A stretch of DNA of 64,000 bases from positions 32,001-96,000 of the forward strand of contig JAEOTA010000012.1 of assembly GCA_016840085.1 (NCBI GenBank). The letters are read 5' to 3'. The notes beneath the pieces are model-generated. The model was given only the letters and a program-made list of their open reading frames with translations, was not told where the DNA came from and did no database searches. This stretch comes from Promethearchaeota archaeon. GTDB taxonomy: Archaea; Asgardarchaeota; Lokiarchaeia; Sigyniarchaeales; SOKP01. Positions 30,482-39,989 of this stretch are shown piece after piece. The position numbers and the translations under genes are program-made. Every line of letters begins with the position of its first letter. Position 1 is the stretch's first letter.

Positions 30482-30697
30482 TTAGGTTTCCCTTGATTTT
30501 GTGCGCTTTCGAGGGGCCCTTCTAGCTGTTTTTCCTTTTGCAGCTCCTTTTCGTTTAAACACTGTATAGCCACATTTTCCACAACTCCACCGATCATAAT
30601 GATTTGCAAGGAAAAAACTCGGCCCACACTTAGGACAAGATCGATGAGTCCTTATTAATTTATCTCCTTCCAATTTATAATAATCTGATGCTCCCAT
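30482..30697 (-). CDS. rps27ae: 30S ribosomal protein S27ae
   Basis: YYK...CPKCG..FLANHYDRWSCGKCGYT. Confidence 0.95.
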   Translation of the reverse strand: MGASDYYKLEGDKLIRTHRSCPKCGPSFFLANHYDRWSCGKCGYTVFKRKGAAKGKTARRAPRKRTKSRET

Positions 30698-30720
30698 GTT
30701 TATATTTACTATATTTAATT

Positions 30721-31074
30721 TTAATATTCAAAAAGATGTTTATAAGGTTCTTTTCTCTTTTTTAATTGATATATTTCAGTTCTCTTATCTTTCTCAAGAT
30801 TACGTACTTGAATATGGAATGGTTCAAAATATTTTAAATCTTTTGAGTTTTCATATATAAAGGCTTTTCCAGCAGTATAGAATGCACCAAAATGAGTATC
30901 AAGTTTTCGTATTATAGTTAATTTTTCTTCCACACCCTGCATGGCTGCAATCTTTTTTTTTACTTCTAATCTATTTGGAGTACTTTCTCCAAAATGATCG
31001 ATTCTAAATTTTAATTCTACTCTATCTATTAAGGGATTTTTCTTTTCCTCAATAACCTCAATATTAATTGACAT
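30721..31074 (-). CDS. rps24e: 30S ribosomal protein S24e
   Basis: KKNPLIDRVE, TPNRLEV, THFG; conserved gene order. Confidence 0.93.
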   Translation of the reverse strand: MSINIEVIEEKKNPLIDRVELKFRIDHFGESTPNRLEVKKKIAAMQGVEEKLTIIRKLDTHFGAFYTAGKAFIYENSKDLKYFEPFHIQVRNLEKDKRTEIYQLKKRKEPYKHLFEY

Positions 31075-31227
31075 TTTGAACCTTTTAATTTTTATTTGCT
31101 TGATAATTTGAGCTATTCTGTAGATAATTTCTGAACTATAAATTTCAAAAGAATAGATAAAAAATAAAATTTTGCTTTTTACTGAAGGTTAGAATTAGAT
31201 CATTGAGAATAAAATATATCAAAATAT

Positions 31228-31824
31228 TCAATACTTCTCCATTATATCAATGACTTCATGTACTTTTTGCTTAATTTTATCATCAACGTTAACAATTACA
31301 ATTCCTTCTGGAATCATAAAATGTGAGTCAGTAATCGGGGGTTGACCATAAAAAACGAAATGCTTAGTTTGTTCTTCTATAGGAATTTCTAAGACAAGAG
31401 GAAGGACTAATAAATCTTCTTCTCCTTCAATTATTTTAATTAAGGTTTTCTTACCAGATTTAATAACATTTCTAAATAACTTCCAAGAATCTTTATCGAT
31501 AGTACCCTCAGGATTTTTAAATTCAATGATTTTTTCAAAAAATTCTTCAAAAGTAATTTTAATTTGATTTCTTTGGGTCTTCTCATCGATAATACAGATC
31601 TTTACATAATTCTTTAAAAATTGATTAGAGAAGAAATCTTTCGCAACAATATCCCCAACAATATAAAATTCTATTTTTACCCCAGATTTAAGATAATCTC
31701 TAAACATATTTTCTACTTGGGTTATTGTTTCTTCTCGATTTCCAGCGAGTAGTATATCTAAAGGATCTGTAAAATAATGTCTTTGATTATGGGGAATCCG
31801 TAAATTATACTCCATGTAATTCAA
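31228..31824 (-). CDS. GTP-dependent dephospho-CoA kinase (DUF359)
   Basis: VGDIV, IIDEKTQR, NPEGTI, GEEDLL, YGQP; usual position between spt4 and rps24e. Confidence 0.88.
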   Translation of the reverse strand: MNYMEYNLRIPHNQRHYFTDPLDILLAGNREETITQVENMFRDYLKSGVKIEFYIVGDIVAKDFFSNQFLKNYVKICIIDEKTQRNQIKITFEEFFEKIIEFKNPEGTIDKDSWKLFRNVIKSGKKTLIKIIEGEEDLLVLPLVLEIPIEEQTKHFVFYGQPPITDSHFMIPEGIVIVNVDDKIKQKVHEVIDIMEKY

Positions 31825-32061
31825 GGTATTAAAGCAAACAAAACTTAAAAATAATTACCCTCAACTTGATTAATTTAAAGAATTATAGCAAAATGGAGAA
31901 AAAAATTAAAATAAAATATCTTTTCTTTATCTATTTAGAATTAGACAAGATATTAAATTTATTATAGATTAATTTGCGCTCTCTTCTTACATCACGCAAA
32001 TGATCCTTGCAAAAATTATTGGCAAGGAGGTTCACGGATTATGACTAAAGAGTCGATGAGA

Positions 32062-32250
32062 TCAGCGAACTCTTAAAGCGTACTTTCCTGGGAAATGAAT
32101 CTTTAAATATTGAGCAAATAATGACTGCTCTGGATCTATGATTATAACAGCACCCGTAAAATCCTCACTAAGAGTGTGAGTTTTACATTTAGGGCAGATT
32201 GTTTCATTTTTAGTTAATAGATGACAATTTTTGCAAGCTTTTTCCTTCAT
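32062..32250 (-). CDS. spt4: Transcription elongation factor Spt4 (RpoE'')
   Basis: KACKNC...CPKC...G.VIIIDPEQS..A...PGKYALRVR. Confidence 0.95.
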   Translation of the reverse strand: MKEKACKNCHLLTKNETICPKCKTHTLSEDFTGAVIIIDPEQSLFAQYLKIHFPGKYALRVR

Positions 32251-32278
32251 AGTAATTTCAAATCTCTAATTTATTATT

Positions 32279-32884
32279 TTATTCTAGTTTTTCTTCACTA
32301 ACTTTTGATTTTTGTGCTTCTTTTTCTTCAATTAATTGTGCTATATCACTTTCTATCCAATCTTCTTTCCCTAGGTATTTTTGTCGCATTGATAAACCGA
32401 GTTTACCACTTCTTCCCGTCCCTAAAGATACAGCGATTATTTTTGCTCGTACTTGATCGTTAACTTCAAGAATTCTTCCAGTCTCTTTACCAATAAATCT
32501 ATTACTTACTTGTTCATAAGAAATATAATCATCACAAATTTGGGATACATGAACTAAACCGTCGAGTGGACCTAGTCGAATAAAACTTCCAAAATCAACA
32601 ACTTCTACAACAGTTCCTTCTACTACTTCTGATAAAGTCGGTTTAAAGGTAAGAATTGTAAAATTTACTTCGTGAAACGTATTTGCATTACCAGGAATGA
32701 TCGTACCTTGCCCAACATTAAGCACATCGACAACTGCAATTATAAATCCAAAATCTCTTGTAATTATTCCTTCATAATCCTCTGAAAGTATAATTCTAGC
32801 ACTTACTTCTTTCTCTTGGCCGAATAAGAATGGTGGGATCTCGATCTTTCCTTCAATTGTAAAAAGTTTAAATATATTGAGCAC
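32279..32884 (-). CDS. rpoE1: DNA-directed RNA polymerase subunit E' (Rpo7)
   Basis: IPPFLFG, EVVEGTVVEVVDFGSFIRLGPLDGLVHVSQI, MRQKYLGK. True start may be ATA at 32875. Confidence 0.95.
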   Translation of the reverse strand: MLNIFKLFTIEGKIEIPPFLFGQEKEVSARIILSEDYEGIITRDFGFIIAVVDVLNVGQGTIIPGNANTFHEVNFTILTFKPTLSEVVEGTVVEVVDFGSFIRLGPLDGLVHVSQICDDYISYEQVSNRFIGKETGRILEVNDQVRAKIIAVSLGTGRSGKLGLSMRQKYLGKEDWIESDIAQLIEEKEAQKSKVSEEKLE

Positions 32885-33189
32885 CTGTCAAAAAAATCAA
32901 TTGTTATTTATAATATCGTTAGTGATATAAAACTGTTTAATTACTCCACTAATTAAACCAATTTTAATGTTTTATTAAATGAATTACAAAATTAATAGTT
33001 TGTGGTTTTATACTAGTATATTATCGAAATTCGGATGATTTTCAATTGCTTATACTTTTCTTTCTTATTGGGTAAAATTATCAATGAAAAGAAAGAATTA
33101 AATATTCCCGATTAAATTTCATTTAATAACAAATTGGTATTATAAAGTAGTAAGATCAATTATTTATATTTTGAGATGAGGAATTAATA

Positions 33190-34191
33190 ATGAGTAGTGA
33201 TGAATTGCCTAAGGAATTGAGTTCCGAAGAATTAATTAATTTTTATAAAAAGATGTTGTTGATTCGTGAATTTGAACTTAGAATTACAAAAGATTCTGGT
33301 AAAATCAAATCACCTTTAGTGCACCCTTATACAGGTGAAGAAGCTATAGCTATTGGAGCTTGTGCTGCAATTGATGAGGATGATTATATTACCTCTACAC
33401 ACAGAGGTCACGGTCATTTTATCGCCAAGGGAGGTGATATTAACTCACTAATGGCAGAAATTTATGGAAAAGAAGGGGGAATATGCAAAGGTCGTGGTGG
33501 ATCAATGCATGTTGCTGATTTTTCTAAAAATATGCTTGGTGCAAATGGAATTGTAGGAGCAGGCCCTCCTTTAGCCCTTGGAGTTGCCTTAGCTTCAAAG
33601 ATGAGAAATGAAGGTAAGGTTGTTCTTACTTTTTTTGGTGATGGAGCAGCAAACCAAGGAATGCTACATGAATCAATGAATCTTGCTGTTATATGGAAAC
33701 TTCCTATAATTTTTGTTTTAGAGAATAACATGTATGGATGGAGCACCTCTGTTAAATATGCTACTGCTATTAAAGATCTTTCACTTCGTGCTCAAGGGTA
33801 TGGGATGAGAGGCATTACGATTGATGGTAATGATGTAATTAAGGTATATAAGACCACTAAAGAAGCAATCGATCTCGCAAGAAAGGGAGGTGGTCCCACG
33901 TTAATTGAATGCAAGACTTATAGATGGCAAGGTCAAACTACAATGGATGCTGATAAATACCGCTCAACTGAAGAAAAAGAAGAATGGAAAAAAAAATGCC
34001 CAATTGAAGCCTATAAAATAAAACTTATCAAGAGTGAAGTTATCGATCGAACTATTATTCAAAAAATTGAGGAAGATACTTTAGCACAAGTAGAGCTAAG
34101 CGTTAAATTAGCTAAAAAAAGTCCAAAACCAAATGCTACTACAGTCTTAGATGATATTTACAAAAATCCTATAGATTTAGGAGGAAATTAA
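33190..34191 (+). CDS. TPP-dependent 2-oxoacid/acetoin dehydrogenase E1 alpha subunit
   Basis: STHRGHGH, GRGGSMH, GDGAANQG...ENN. Confidence 0.92.
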   Translation: MSSDELPKELSSEELINFYKKMLLIREFELRITKDSGKIKSPLVHPYTGEEAIAIGACAAIDEDDYITSTHRGHGHFIAKGGDINSLMAEIYGKEGGICKGRGGSMHVADFSKNMLGANGIVGAGPPLALGVALASKMRNEGKVVLTFFGDGAANQGMLHESMNLAVIWKLPIIFVLENNMYGWSTSVKYATAIKDLSLRAQGYGMRGITIDGNDVIKVYKTTKEAIDLARKGGGPTLIECKTYRWQGQTTMDADKYRSTEEKEEWKKKCPIEAYKIKLIKSEVIDRTIIQKIEEDTLAQVELSVKLAKKSPKPNATTVLDDIYKNPIDLGGN

Positions 34192-34192
34192 A

Positions 34193-35179
34193 ATGGTTGA
34201 AGAAACTAAAACTATGAGAGGTTTGGATGCTATACGATTAGCTATTGATGAAGAAATGGAACGTGATAAATCTGTTTTCTTAATAGGAGAGGATATCGGG
34301 AAGTTTGGAGGTTGTTTTTTTGTAACAGAGGGATTATTAGAAAAATTTGGTCCTGAGAGAATTCGTGATACACCAATTAGTGAAAATGCGATTTTGGGTT
34401 GTGCTGTTGGAGCCGCTATGGCTGGCATGCGCCCTATAGCAGAAATTATGTTTGCAGACTTCTTGCCTGTGTGTATGGAGATGATTGTAAATCAAGCTGC
34501 AAAAGCAAGATATATGTATGGAGGTCAAATTTCTGTTCCTGTCACGATTAGAGTTCCATTTGGAACTGGCATAATGGGGGCGGCACAACACTCCCAATCT
34601 TTTGAATCATGGTTTATGCATGTACCAGGTTTGAAAGTTGTCTTACCATCGGATGCACGTGATTTTAAAGGATTACTGAAGACCGCTATACGAGATAATG
34701 ATCCAGTCATTTTTTTTGAAAATAAGAGGGCATATTACCTCACTAGTGAAGTTCCGCTAGATAAAGAATTCACAATACCATTTGGACAAGCAAGGATATT
34801 CACTGAAGGGGATGATGTTACTATTGTTGCTACAGGAGCTATGGTCTCAGAAAGTATTAGAGCTGCTACAAAATTAGACGCAGAAAATATTCATTGTGAA
34901 ATAATTGATCCAAGGACTTTAGTTCCATTGGATAAATCAACTATCCTAAATTCTGTGGAAAAAACAGGAAGATTGCTTATTGTAGATGAAGGCTGTAAAA
35001 CTTGTTCTGTGAGTGCTGAAATCGCCGCATTTGTCGCAGAAGAAGGTTTTCAATATTTAAAGAAGAATATAATAAGACTTAATACTCCAGATGTTCCAAT
35101 TCCTTTTGCAGATAAATTAGAAAAAGCAATTATTCCGAATGCGAAATCAGTTCAAGAAAATGTTAAGAAATTACTTTAA
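34193..35179 (+). CDS. 2-oxoacid/acetoin dehydrogenase E1 beta subunit
   Basis: GEDIG, DTPISE, EIMFADF, AQHSQ, DPRTLVPLD. Confidence 0.93.
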   Translation: MVEETKTMRGLDAIRLAIDEEMERDKSVFLIGEDIGKFGGCFFVTEGLLEKFGPERIRDTPISENAILGCAVGAAMAGMRPIAEIMFADFLPVCMEMIVNQAAKARYMYGGQISVPVTIRVPFGTGIMGAAQHSQSFESWFMHVPGLKVVLPSDARDFKGLLKTAIRDNDPVIFFENKRAYYLTSEVPLDKEFTIPFGQARIFTEGDDVTIVATGAMVSESIRAATKLDAENIHCEIIDPRTLVPLDKSTILNSVEKTGRLLIVDEGCKTCSVSAEIAAFVAEEGFQYLKKNIIRLNTPDVPIPFADKLEKAIIPNAKSVQENVKKLL

Positions 35180-35380
35180 ACAAATAAAACTAAACTTATT
35201 TTTTTATTATTACAGATTTCTTAGGATAATATATATTAATATATATTGAACTAATCAAAATGAAATAATTATACAAAAAAAAGGATCTTACAGCGTATAA
35301 TCGGAACCTTTATATATATACTTTTATATATTTCTATGAGGATTAGGATTTATTTAATTAAGGGGTGATAATACCGAAAT

Positions 35381-35485
35381 ATGACCGTGAAAGAAATATA
35401 TGAAATTGTTATAGCTATTATAGGACTTTCAAGCTTAGTAGCCCTTGGTATTGTTATATTGCTACTTATCGGTCTATTTGCTTAG
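35381..35485 (+). CDS. Candidate 34-aa single-TM peptide
   Basis: MTVKEIYEIVIAIIGLSSLVALGIVILLLIGLFA*, with GGGGTGA upstream. Confidence 0.45.
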   Translation: MTVKEIYEIVIAIIGLSSLVALGIVILLLIGLFA

Positions 35486-35870
35486 TTTTATTCTTTAACT
35501 TCTTTAAAAAATCTTTTCTTAATGGAAAAAAGATATCGAGCATTATAAATGGTTCATTTCCAATACATGTATCACTATGAGGAGTATTAGCAGGAATACA
35601 ATAAATATCTCCTTTTTTAACAATCCGCTCCTCCTCTCCAATTCGTAATTTTGCTTCGCCTCCATACACCATGCCTATTTGCTCATGTTTATGCGAATGT
35701 GTAGGAACTGTATGTCCCGGCAATGTGGCATTGAATGCCATCATCATCTTCTCCCCATGTAATCCCGTGAGAATTGTTGTTTCCAATCCGTCCATCTGTA
35801 TAAATTTAGGTGCATCTTTAATATCTATAAAATATAAACTCTTTTTATTTTGGATATTTATCATCTCCAA
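35466..35870 (-). CDS. Cupin domain protein
   Basis: HSHKHEQ...G.A.L.IG...GD...IPANTPHS. Confidence 0.88.
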   Translation of the reverse strand: MEMINIQNKKSLYFIDIKDAPKFIQMDGLETTILTGLHGEKMMMAFNATLPGHTVPTHSHKHEQIGMVYGGEAKLRIGEEERIVKKGDIYCIPANTPHSDTCIGNEPFIMLDIFFPLRKDFLKKLKNKTKQIDR

Positions 35871-36118
35871 ATTGAATTAAATTTTAAAGAAATTCCTTAT
35901 ATAATTTTCGTCAAGCCTTATTATAAATTTTTAATATAGATAATAACTGAATCTCTACATCAATTTCAGATTTTTAAATATATTCTAACAGAAGATAAAG
36001 ATTTTGTGAAGATATATTTTAAAAGATAGAGTTATTAAAACTATCAGCATTTTTTTTGTATAATCATTTTAAATTGAATGATTTTAAAAATATATTAAAA
36101 TATGAGGAAATTTTAAAA

Positions 36119-36922
36119 TTGTCTGGATATATTGGGAAGAAAATTAGATTGGAAAGAATAATAAATAGAGAAACAAAAAGGACTATTATAGTCCCAATGG
36201 ATCATGGATTAACTGTCGGACCTATTAAAGGAATCGAAAAAAAAATAGGAGAAATGGTCAATAAGATAGCTCTAGGTGGTGCGAACGCTGTTTTAGGGCA
36301 TGTTGGAATCCCTTTATACGCTCATAGAGGATATGGCCCCGATATAGGATTAATTTTACATTTATCAGGATCAACTTCATTAAGTCCTGATTCAAATTAT
36401 AAAATATTAGTAAATACAGTTTTAGAAGCTGTAAAATTCGGGGCAGATGGGGTTTCAATTCATATCAATATTGGTACAAAATCAGATCCAGAAATGTTAG
36501 AAACTTTAGGAAAAGTTTCAAGAGAATGTCGAGATCTTGGAATGCCACTTCTCGCTATGATGTATCCAAGGGGAGAAAATATAGATGATGAATATGACGT
36601 CGAAGTGGTTAAGATAGCGGCTCGGGTTGCTGCTGAATTAGGAGCTGACATTGTTAAGACAAATTGGACAGGAGATCCTGATTCTTTTAAAGAAGTTGTT
36701 GACGGTTGTATGGCTCCAGTAATAATTGCAGGAGGGGAAAAGGCAGGATTAAGAGATATTTTAGAAATAACTAAACAATCAATTGATGTAGGCGGCGCAG
36801 GTGTAGCTTACGGAAGAAATGTTTTCCAAGCTGATGATCCTACTAAATTTATAAAAGCACTATATCTTATTGTTCATAAAAATTACGATGTCCATGAAGC
36901 AATAAAAGAATTAAGTCTTTAA
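36119..36922 (+). CDS. Class I aldolase, DhnA/AroA' family (2-amino-3,7-dideoxy-D-threo-hept-6-ulosonate synthase or FBP aldolase)
   Basis: [38 protein letters not shown]. Start placed at TTG 36119 after GAGG. Confidence 0.88.
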   Translation: MSGYIGKKIRLERIINRETKRTIIVPMDHGLTVGPIKGIEKKIGEMVNKIALGGANAVLGHVGIPLYAHRGYGPDIGLILHLSGSTSLSPDSNYKILVNTVLEAVKFGADGVSIHINIGTKSDPEMLETLGKVSRECRDLGMPLLAMMYPRGENIDDEYDVEVVKIAARVAAELGADIVKTNWTGDPDSFKEVVDGCMAPVIIAGGEKAGLRDILEITKQSIDVGGAGVAYGRNVFQADDPTKFIKALYLIVHKNYDVHEAIKELSL

Positions 36923-37035
36923 TTCTATGAATATCGAATTTGAAAATGAAAAGTGAGAAAATTAGAGGAGATAAGATAGTTCTAGTTTTACGATTTTTAA
37001 TCAAAAAAATGCTAATACAGTCTAAGTTTAATTAA

Positions 37036-37140
37036 CTAGATTAATTTAGCTATTTTTTCGCACGTTCACTTACAATCTAAAAATATTAATCCCAATCTTA
37101 CATCTTTCGTTGTAGAAACAGTTAATACTGCATTGTCTCC
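37036..37140 (-). pseudogene. Orphan 3' fragment of a roadblock/LC7 gene
   Basis: GDNAVLTVSTTKDVRLGLIFLDCK*TCEKIAKLI* matches the C-terminus of 38010-38387, with synonymous differences and an internal TGA at 37066-37068. Confidence 0.9.
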
Positions 37141-37253
37141 CAATTAATATAATTATAGAAAAAAAAAAAATCAACTGACTATAGTTTTATTAATTGCTTT
37201 AGTACTATACTAAATATTATAAAATTATTAAAAGAATAAAAAGTGAGAAATCA

Positions 37254-37967
37254 ATGGGTAAGAATCGACCTGAAACAACTCTTTTTCTAATGCAATCATT
37301 GGATGGAAAAATTTCTACGGGGAATGTCGATGAACGAGATCAAGAAATTGATTTTCCTAAAATCAAAGGTATTAAAGAAGGCAATTATCAATACTATGAT
37401 CTTTTACTTAAAACTGATAGACATGCTTTAATCAGTGGAAAAGTATTAGCTAAAATTGGTGTTAATTCACGTGATAGAGTTGATAATTATAAGGATGTCA
37501 ATCTAATTATAATTGATCGCAAACCACATCTCACAAAAAATGGAATGAATTATTTAATAAATTCATTTAAATCTATCTATGTTGTAACAAACGACAAAAA
37601 CCATCCAGCTTTTAATATTTCAAATGAAAAAGAACTTAGTATTATTTATTATCCGAATGAAATTAATTTTGAAGAATTATTTGGAAAACTAAAGCAAGAT
37701 TATAAAATTGAAAAGATATCAATTCAATCAGGGGGAACATTGAACTCATTATTTCTTAAACATAAAATTATTGATCATATTTCTATTATAATCGCTCCCA
37801 GTCTAGTTGGTGGAAAAGATACACCTACATCAATAGATGGAGTAGCTCCTCAGACTAATGATGATTTATTTAATATAAAGGCTCTAGAACTTAAAAAATG
37901 TGAAATATTGAAACATTCCTATATCTATCTTTATTACGATGTAATAAATGAAACAATAATAGAATAA
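37254..37967 (+). CDS. RibD C-terminal / dihydrofolate reductase family protein
   Basis: MQSLDGKI, IQSGGTLNS, IAPSLVGG. Confidence 0.85.
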   Translation: MGKNRPETTLFLMQSLDGKISTGNVDERDQEIDFPKIKGIKEGNYQYYDLLLKTDRHALISGKVLAKIGVNSRDRVDNYKDVNLIIIDRKPHLTKNGMNYLINSFKSIYVVTNDKNHPAFNISNEKELSIIYYPNEINFEELFGKLKQDYKIEKISIQSGGTLNSLFLKHKIIDHISIIIAPSLVGGKDTPTSIDGVAPQTNDDLFNIKALELKKCEILKHSYIYLYYDVINETIIE

Positions 37968-38009
37968 ACAAATTACAAAAATCTTTAAAGCCTAAAAGAC
38001 AGAATAAAA

Positions 38010-38387
38010 CTAAATCAATTTAGCAATTTTTTCACAGGTCCGCTTACAATCCAAAAATATTAGCCCCAATCTCACATCTTTCGTTGTAGACACAGTTAAT
38101 ACTGCATTGGGACCAGCTTGTAAGACTAAAAGATAACCATCACTCCCCTTCACATAGAGCTGATCGAACTCTCCCTTTTCCATCTCAATAACTGACCTTT
38201 CGGCTAAGGAGAGAAGCGCAGCAGTCATTGCGGCTATTCTAGTTTCATCCACTCCCTGCGGTAGAGCGGACGCGATAGGTAACCCCTCAGCGGATACAAT
38301 TGCGGCGGCTTTAACCTCTGGAATAGCAGCCAATAGTTTTTTTAGAATGTCATCTAATGAGTCAGTTGTGGGCTCCATGGAAGTCAT
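38010..38387 (-). CDS. Roadblock/LC7 domain protein
   Basis: AAAIVSAEGLPIASAL...IAAMTAALLSLAER...VKGSDGY...LGLIF. Confidence 0.93.
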   Translation of the reverse strand: MTSMEPTTDSLDDILKKLLAAIPEVKAAAIVSAEGLPIASALPQGVDETRIAAMTAALLSLAERSVIEMEKGEFDQLYVKGSDGYLLVLQAGPNAVLTVSTTKDVRLGLIFLDCKRTCEKIAKLI

Positions 38388-38804
38388 TTCTTTTTGTTAT
38401 TTTTAATTAGGATCTATTTTTTTGGGATAGAGAATAACAATAACAAATATACTAATATAAATATAATTTACTTATTTTAATTTTATTTAATTTTTTGTAT
38501 TACTTACTTTTTAATAAAATATATTATTACTGCTTTATTAATTTAGTTTTGAAAAATATGTAATTTAATGATAGAGAGATCGTGAGAATTCTAAAAATTT
38601 GAATTTTTAGTTTTTAGAGAAAATTCATATTTATATTTCTTTGTAGTTTCTATTATTATTTTTATATTTTGGGAATTATTTTCGTAATATTTTCAAAAAT
38701 ACTTTTAGAAATTCTTTTGTACGGGAAAGCATTAACAAATCAAAGATTAATTATTTGATTATTAATTATTAAATTAATTAATATAATTCTTTAGCTGAGA
38801 AGAA

Positions 38805-39950
38805 ATGGATTATTGGACCGTTGTTGATCAAATTTATAATTTAACCTTATCACTTTCGTTTTTTCTTTTAATGATTTTAATGTTTCAGGTCGGGAGAAAG
38901 GGATATAAAGCGGGAAATAGGTATGGGGGTGTCTCCACTATTATTTGTGGTGTTTGTTTTTTAATATTTGGATATTATAATTCAGTTGTAAGATTTTTTC
39001 CTTATCCTTATAATGGGTTTATGGTGTGGTGGATTGGTATTAATTTGCTTATTAATTTGGGTTTTTTTTCCCTCATTAAAAAAGAAGTAAAAAAAATGAG
39101 AAGTGAAAATGAGGAACACAGTTTTAAGGGGGAAAAAAAGTCGGTATTGAGAAGATATGTAGAAAGAATGACTAAAGAAAACCCATACGGAGAAGATATA
39201 TCATTTAGGATGGAGTTGATTAGAAAAAGTTTTCATTTAACAGGATTTTTGCTTCTAATAGCATATTTTGGATTTTTTATTCTACTCCCAGTGACTCTAA
39301 TAATAAGTGATAGTGTGATAGTGTTAATAAATAATATAAGTCCCTCCTACGAATTTTTATGGGGTGATATAGCCTTATTTCCATACAGTCCAGGGGAATT
39401 TCAAGCTATAATTGATTTAACTATGATGGCGTTAATTGGCGCTTTAATGTTTGCAATAATTTCTGATTTGATAAGGATTATTTGGGGTCCAGAATACTCA
39501 GTTTTCAATTTTTTAACAAAATCAATGTTAAGAAATAAGGAGAAAAACGCAATGGGGCCACAAATTTATATAATCACAGGATTTATTTTTTCCTATATGC
39601 TGTATATGGCAGGATTAATCGGCATTTTAGTATTTTTTTCAGGAGTATTGATTGCATGTCTTTCAGATGCTGCTGCTGCTTTAATTGGGAAAAACTATGG
39701 GAAACATAAAGTAAAAGTAATAAGTAAAGAAACCAAATCTATTGAAGGTTTTCTTGCGGGTGTAATAGTTGCCTATTTAATAGGTCTAATTCTCGTGGGC
39801 CCAATATATGCAATAATTGGAGCAGTTATATTCTTTATAACAGATTATTTCCCAACGGTTATAGCTGATAATATTTTAAATCCCATCTTTATACCTATAG
39901 GCATACAGCTGTTTATTTTATTATTAGGTTTGCCCGTTGGTTGGTTTTAA
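38805..39950 (+). CDS. Dolichol/phytol kinase-like (CTP_transf_1) membrane protein
   Basis: RKSFHL, SDAAAALIGKNYG, KSIEG, DNILNP. Confidence 0.82.
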   Translation: MDYWTVVDQIYNLTLSLSFFLLMILMFQVGRKGYKAGNRYGGVSTIICGVCFLIFGYYNSVVRFFPYPYNGFMVWWIGINLLINLGFFSLIKKEVKKMRSENEEHSFKGEKKSVLRRYVERMTKENPYGEDISFRMELIRKSFHLTGFLLLIAYFGFFILLPVTLIISDSVIVLINNISPSYEFLWGDIALFPYSPGEFQAIIDLTMMALIGALMFAIISDLIRIIWGPEYSVFNFLTKSMLRNKEKNAMGPQIYIITGFIFSYMLYMAGLIGILVFFSGVLIACLSDAAAALIGKNYGKHKVKVISKETKSIEGFLAGVIVAYLIGLILVGPIYAIIGAVIFFITDYFPTVIADNILNPIFIPIGIQLFILLLGLPVGWF

Positions 39951-39989
39951 TAATTCATTACAAAATATTTATTATATATAGAAATAACC

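Noticed and set aside
31995-32030. ATGA-stem-AAAA loop as a eukaryote-like SECIS
   Set aside because: Wrong strand for the neighbouring genes, stem too short, no properly placed 3' GA, and no Sec codon nearby.
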